Below are positions 61,877 through 64,000 of a stretch of DNA of 64,000 nucleotides, in pieces. Each line of letters begins with the position of its first letter. Position 1 is the first letter of the stretch. The stretch comes from Promethearchaeota archaeon (GTDB lineage Archaea; Asgardarchaeota; Lokiarchaeia; Sigyniarchaeales; SOKP01). The notes beneath the pieces were generated by a model, which was not told the origin of the DNA, searched no databases, and saw nothing but the letters and a program-made list of their open reading frames with translations. The stretch lies in assembly GCA_029838195.1 (NCBI GenBank), contig JALGVJ010000001.1, forward strand, positions 160,001 through 224,000, written 5' to 3'. The translations under genes were made by a program, and so were the position numbers.

Positions 61877-62347
61877 ATGAAAAAAAGAGAAGATTTATCC
61901 GTATATGACACCCGACATTATCCCGTTCGCCCGCAAGTTGGCGTCGGTATTTTGCTAATCCGAAATGAAAGTTTATTATTAATAAAAAGAAAGTTCAACC
62001 CTGATAAAGGATATTGGTCCATTCCTGGTGGCCACGTGGAACTTGGAGAGAAAGTAAAAGACGCGGCCGAAAGAGAGGGATTCGAAGAAACTGGACTGAA
62101 AGTAAGAGTAACTAAATTAGCTGGAATTATTGATAAAATCATGCGGGATAAAGAGGGAAACATTGAATACCATTATGTATTAATTAATTATTTTGTAGAA
62201 CAAGTAGAAGGTGAGCTCGATCAACCCCCTGTTGCCATGGATGACGCATTAGAAGCTAGGTTTGTTCCCTTTAACGAATTAAAGAAGTATAAATTAACAG
62301 AATCCTTGATCGAATTGTTAAAACAACTGAAAATTGGATTTGAATAA
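61877..62347 (+). CDS. Nudix hydrolase (ADP-ribose pyrophosphatase-like)
   Basis: YPVRPQVGVG, WSIPGGHVELGE...AAEREGFEETGL. Confidence 0.93.
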   Translation: MKKREDLSVYDTRHYPVRPQVGVGILLIRNESLLLIKRKFNPDKGYWSIPGGHVELGEKVKDAAEREGFEETGLKVRVTKLAGIIDKIMRDKEGNIEYHYVLINYFVEQVEGELDQPPVAMDDALEARFVPFNELKKYKLTESLIELLKQLKIGFE

Positions 62348-62405
62348 AAAAAGAATGAAAAGCTTAATTTTAAAAAAAAGCGGTATCAACCAAATTCAAG
62401 GTAAT

Positions 62406-63317
62406 TTACGATTTAAAAAATATACCCCGAACAAACTCCGCAATTTTCTCTATTCCTTCTTGCCCTTCTGGAGCGAAGGCTGCAAAAGCTGGAAATACAT
62501 GAATCATGTCTTCCCATACATCTAAAATAACCTTTACTCCGGCTTTTTTTGCCTTCTCTGCAAAGCGAACGGAATCATCTAATAAAATTTCTCTCGTACC
62601 TACTTGTAGGTATAGAGGAGGTAATCCCTCTAAATTTCCATAAAGAGGGGATGCTAAAGGATTGGTATAATCCTCATCTCCTAAATAAAGCCTCGCATCA
62701 AACATTAATTCATCAGGTGAAATGAAAGGGTCTATTTTCAAGTTCGTTCGAATAGAATCTCCGGTATTTCCTAAATCTGTCCAAGGAGAGAAACAAAATG
62801 CCGCCGCCGGCAAATCAAGATGTTGTTCTTTTAAATTTAATAAAAGAGCCAACGTGAGCCCTCCTCCTGCCGAATCTCCACCAATGATGATCTCATTTGC
62901 CTTGAATTTTTTTATCTCAATTAGCCATTGATAGGCGGATGTTGCATCTTCTAAACCCTCTGGAAAAGGATGTTCGGGTGCTAAACGATAATCGATGGTT
63001 AAAACCTTGGTTTTTGTAAATCTTGCTAACCTTGCCGCAAGTTCTCGATGACTATTAAGAGATCCGCTAATATATCCTCCACCATGAAGATACAAAGTGA
63101 TTTTATTCTCAACGCTTTCTGGAGCCACGATCCATTCCGCCTCCATCTCATTTATTTTGACAAGTTCTACTTTTATATCTTTTGGTATTTTTGCCAATTT
63201 TGATAATTCTTCTAACCCATCTCTTGCTTGTTTTACTCGTTGTTGAATTGCTTGTTGCTTTCGTTCTTTTAAAATTTTAATGACAAATTGCATTCCTTTG
63301 CTTACTATTATAAACAA
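62406..63317 (-). CDS. Alpha/beta hydrolase, HSL (family IV) esterase
   Basis: HGGG, DYRLAPEHPFP, GDSAGG, E..LDD, H; start uncertain (possibly ATA 63311/63308). Confidence 0.95.
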   Translation of the reverse strand: MFIIVSKGMQFVIKILKERKQQAIQQRVKQARDGLEELSKLAKIPKDIKVELVKINEMEAEWIVAPESVENKITLYLHGGGYISGSLNSHRELAARLARFTKTKVLTIDYRLAPEHPFPEGLEDATSAYQWLIEIKKFKANEIIIGGDSAGGGLTLALLLNLKEQHLDLPAAAFCFSPWTDLGNTGDSIRTNLKIDPFISPDELMFDARLYLGDEDYTNPLASPLYGNLEGLPPLYLQVGTREILLDDSVRFAEKAKKAGVKVILDVWEDMIHVFPAFAAFAPEGQEGIEKIAEFVRGIFFKS

Positions 63318-63474
63318 CCTCCAACATGCTACATGCTTTTTTCCATATAAGAATTACGGTTCTTTTATTTAAGGTATTTTAAAATTCCAAATAAAATTTT
63401 TTAATTTATTAACATAAATTTCTTAATTTTTTCTACATTGAGTTTATTGACAGAATTTATTGGGTATTAGAATC

Positions 63475-64000
63475 ATGGAAATTTTATCAAAAGTATCTTG
63501 GAGTGGTCCGGCGTTAAAATTAATTTCTTATGTTCATGAATTAAACCCTTCAAGTTCCGTCTTCATGATCATTCGTCATTCAGCAAGAGAAGAATCGGAA
63601 GATATTCAAAAGATATTAAATGCTCCTTTAACAAAGCAAGGAAAAAAAGCGGCTTTTGAATTCGGACAATCCTTACCATCTCATTTCACGTATCATTTCC
63701 ATCATAGCATCATTGAGCGTTGCAAAGAAACAGCTTTATGTATCGAAAAAGGAGTTCGGTATAATGGAGGCAACACGAGATATCAAGGCAATTTAGAAAC
63801 CTTGACTCATATCAAGGGAAATTCGGAGAAAATTATTGAATTTATTGGAAGAGATCAAGAAAATTTCATGCGTTATTGGATGCAAAATCAGTACCCCCCC
63901 GAATTAATTGAGCCACCTTTAAATTTAGCTAAAAGGACTGCTTCAGAACTCATGAAAATTTTTCAAAATAACCATTCGCCATCTACAATTCATGTATTTG
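63475..64000 (+). CDS. Histidine phosphatase family protein, 5' part (runs off window end)
   Basis: Hand translation MEILSK...FMIIRHSARE...PLTKQGKKAAFEFG...HS.IERCKETA. Confidence 0.8.
   Translation, partial: MEILSKVSWSGPALKLISYVHELNPSSSVFMIIRHSAREESEDIQKILNAPLTKQGKKAAFEFGQSLPSHFTYHFHHSIIERCKETALCIEKGVRYNGGNTRYQGNLETLTHIKGNSEKIIEFIGRDQENFMRYWMQNQYPPELIEPPLNLAKRTASELMKIFQNNHSPSTIHVF

Noticed and set aside
641-62931. Numerous short ORFs antisense to or overlapping long genes (e.g. 45445-46023, 22859-23323, 7782-8171)
   Set aside because: Shadow frames of well-supported genes with no motifs

Overview
AT-rich (~30% GC by eye) archaeal chromosomal region, most consistent with an Asgard archaeon of the Lokiarchaeia type. 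The basis is three Arf/Rag-like small GTPases, several longin/roadblock/uDENN-like proteins, V4R, vWA-RING and SNAP/TPR-like proteins, archaeal CdhA and MtrH-family genes. About 50 CDSs. I saw no rRNA, tRNA, CRISPR array, integrase or transposase. Metabolic content: an alpha-glucan/sugar-phosphate set (degenerate PMM-like protein, large GH13, NDP-sugar pyrophosphorylase, GalT-like HIT, maltokinase, GH57, GH32), MFS transporters, tandem Isf flavoproteins and tandem YtcJ amidohydrolases. Best candidates for an undescribed system: (1) a two-gene unit at 34.5-38.1 kb pairing a CWH43/PGAP2IP-like multi-TM EEP enzyme with a full-length six-TM GDE2/GDE3 (GDPD5/GDPD2)-like phosphodiesterase; both families act on GPI anchors in eukaryotes; (2) a co-oriented uDENN - 7TM - 7TM - Arf-longin cluster at 49.8-52.8 kb resembling a receptor-GEF-GTPase module. 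Also notable: a restriction-less dam-mig-dcm cluster whose C5 methyltransferase has no canonical start codon, strong local CATG enrichment, an unannotated MBL-hydrolase pseudogene and a 40-bp gene-end duplication. All family calls come from motifs read by eye and from remembered family sequences; none was run against a database.
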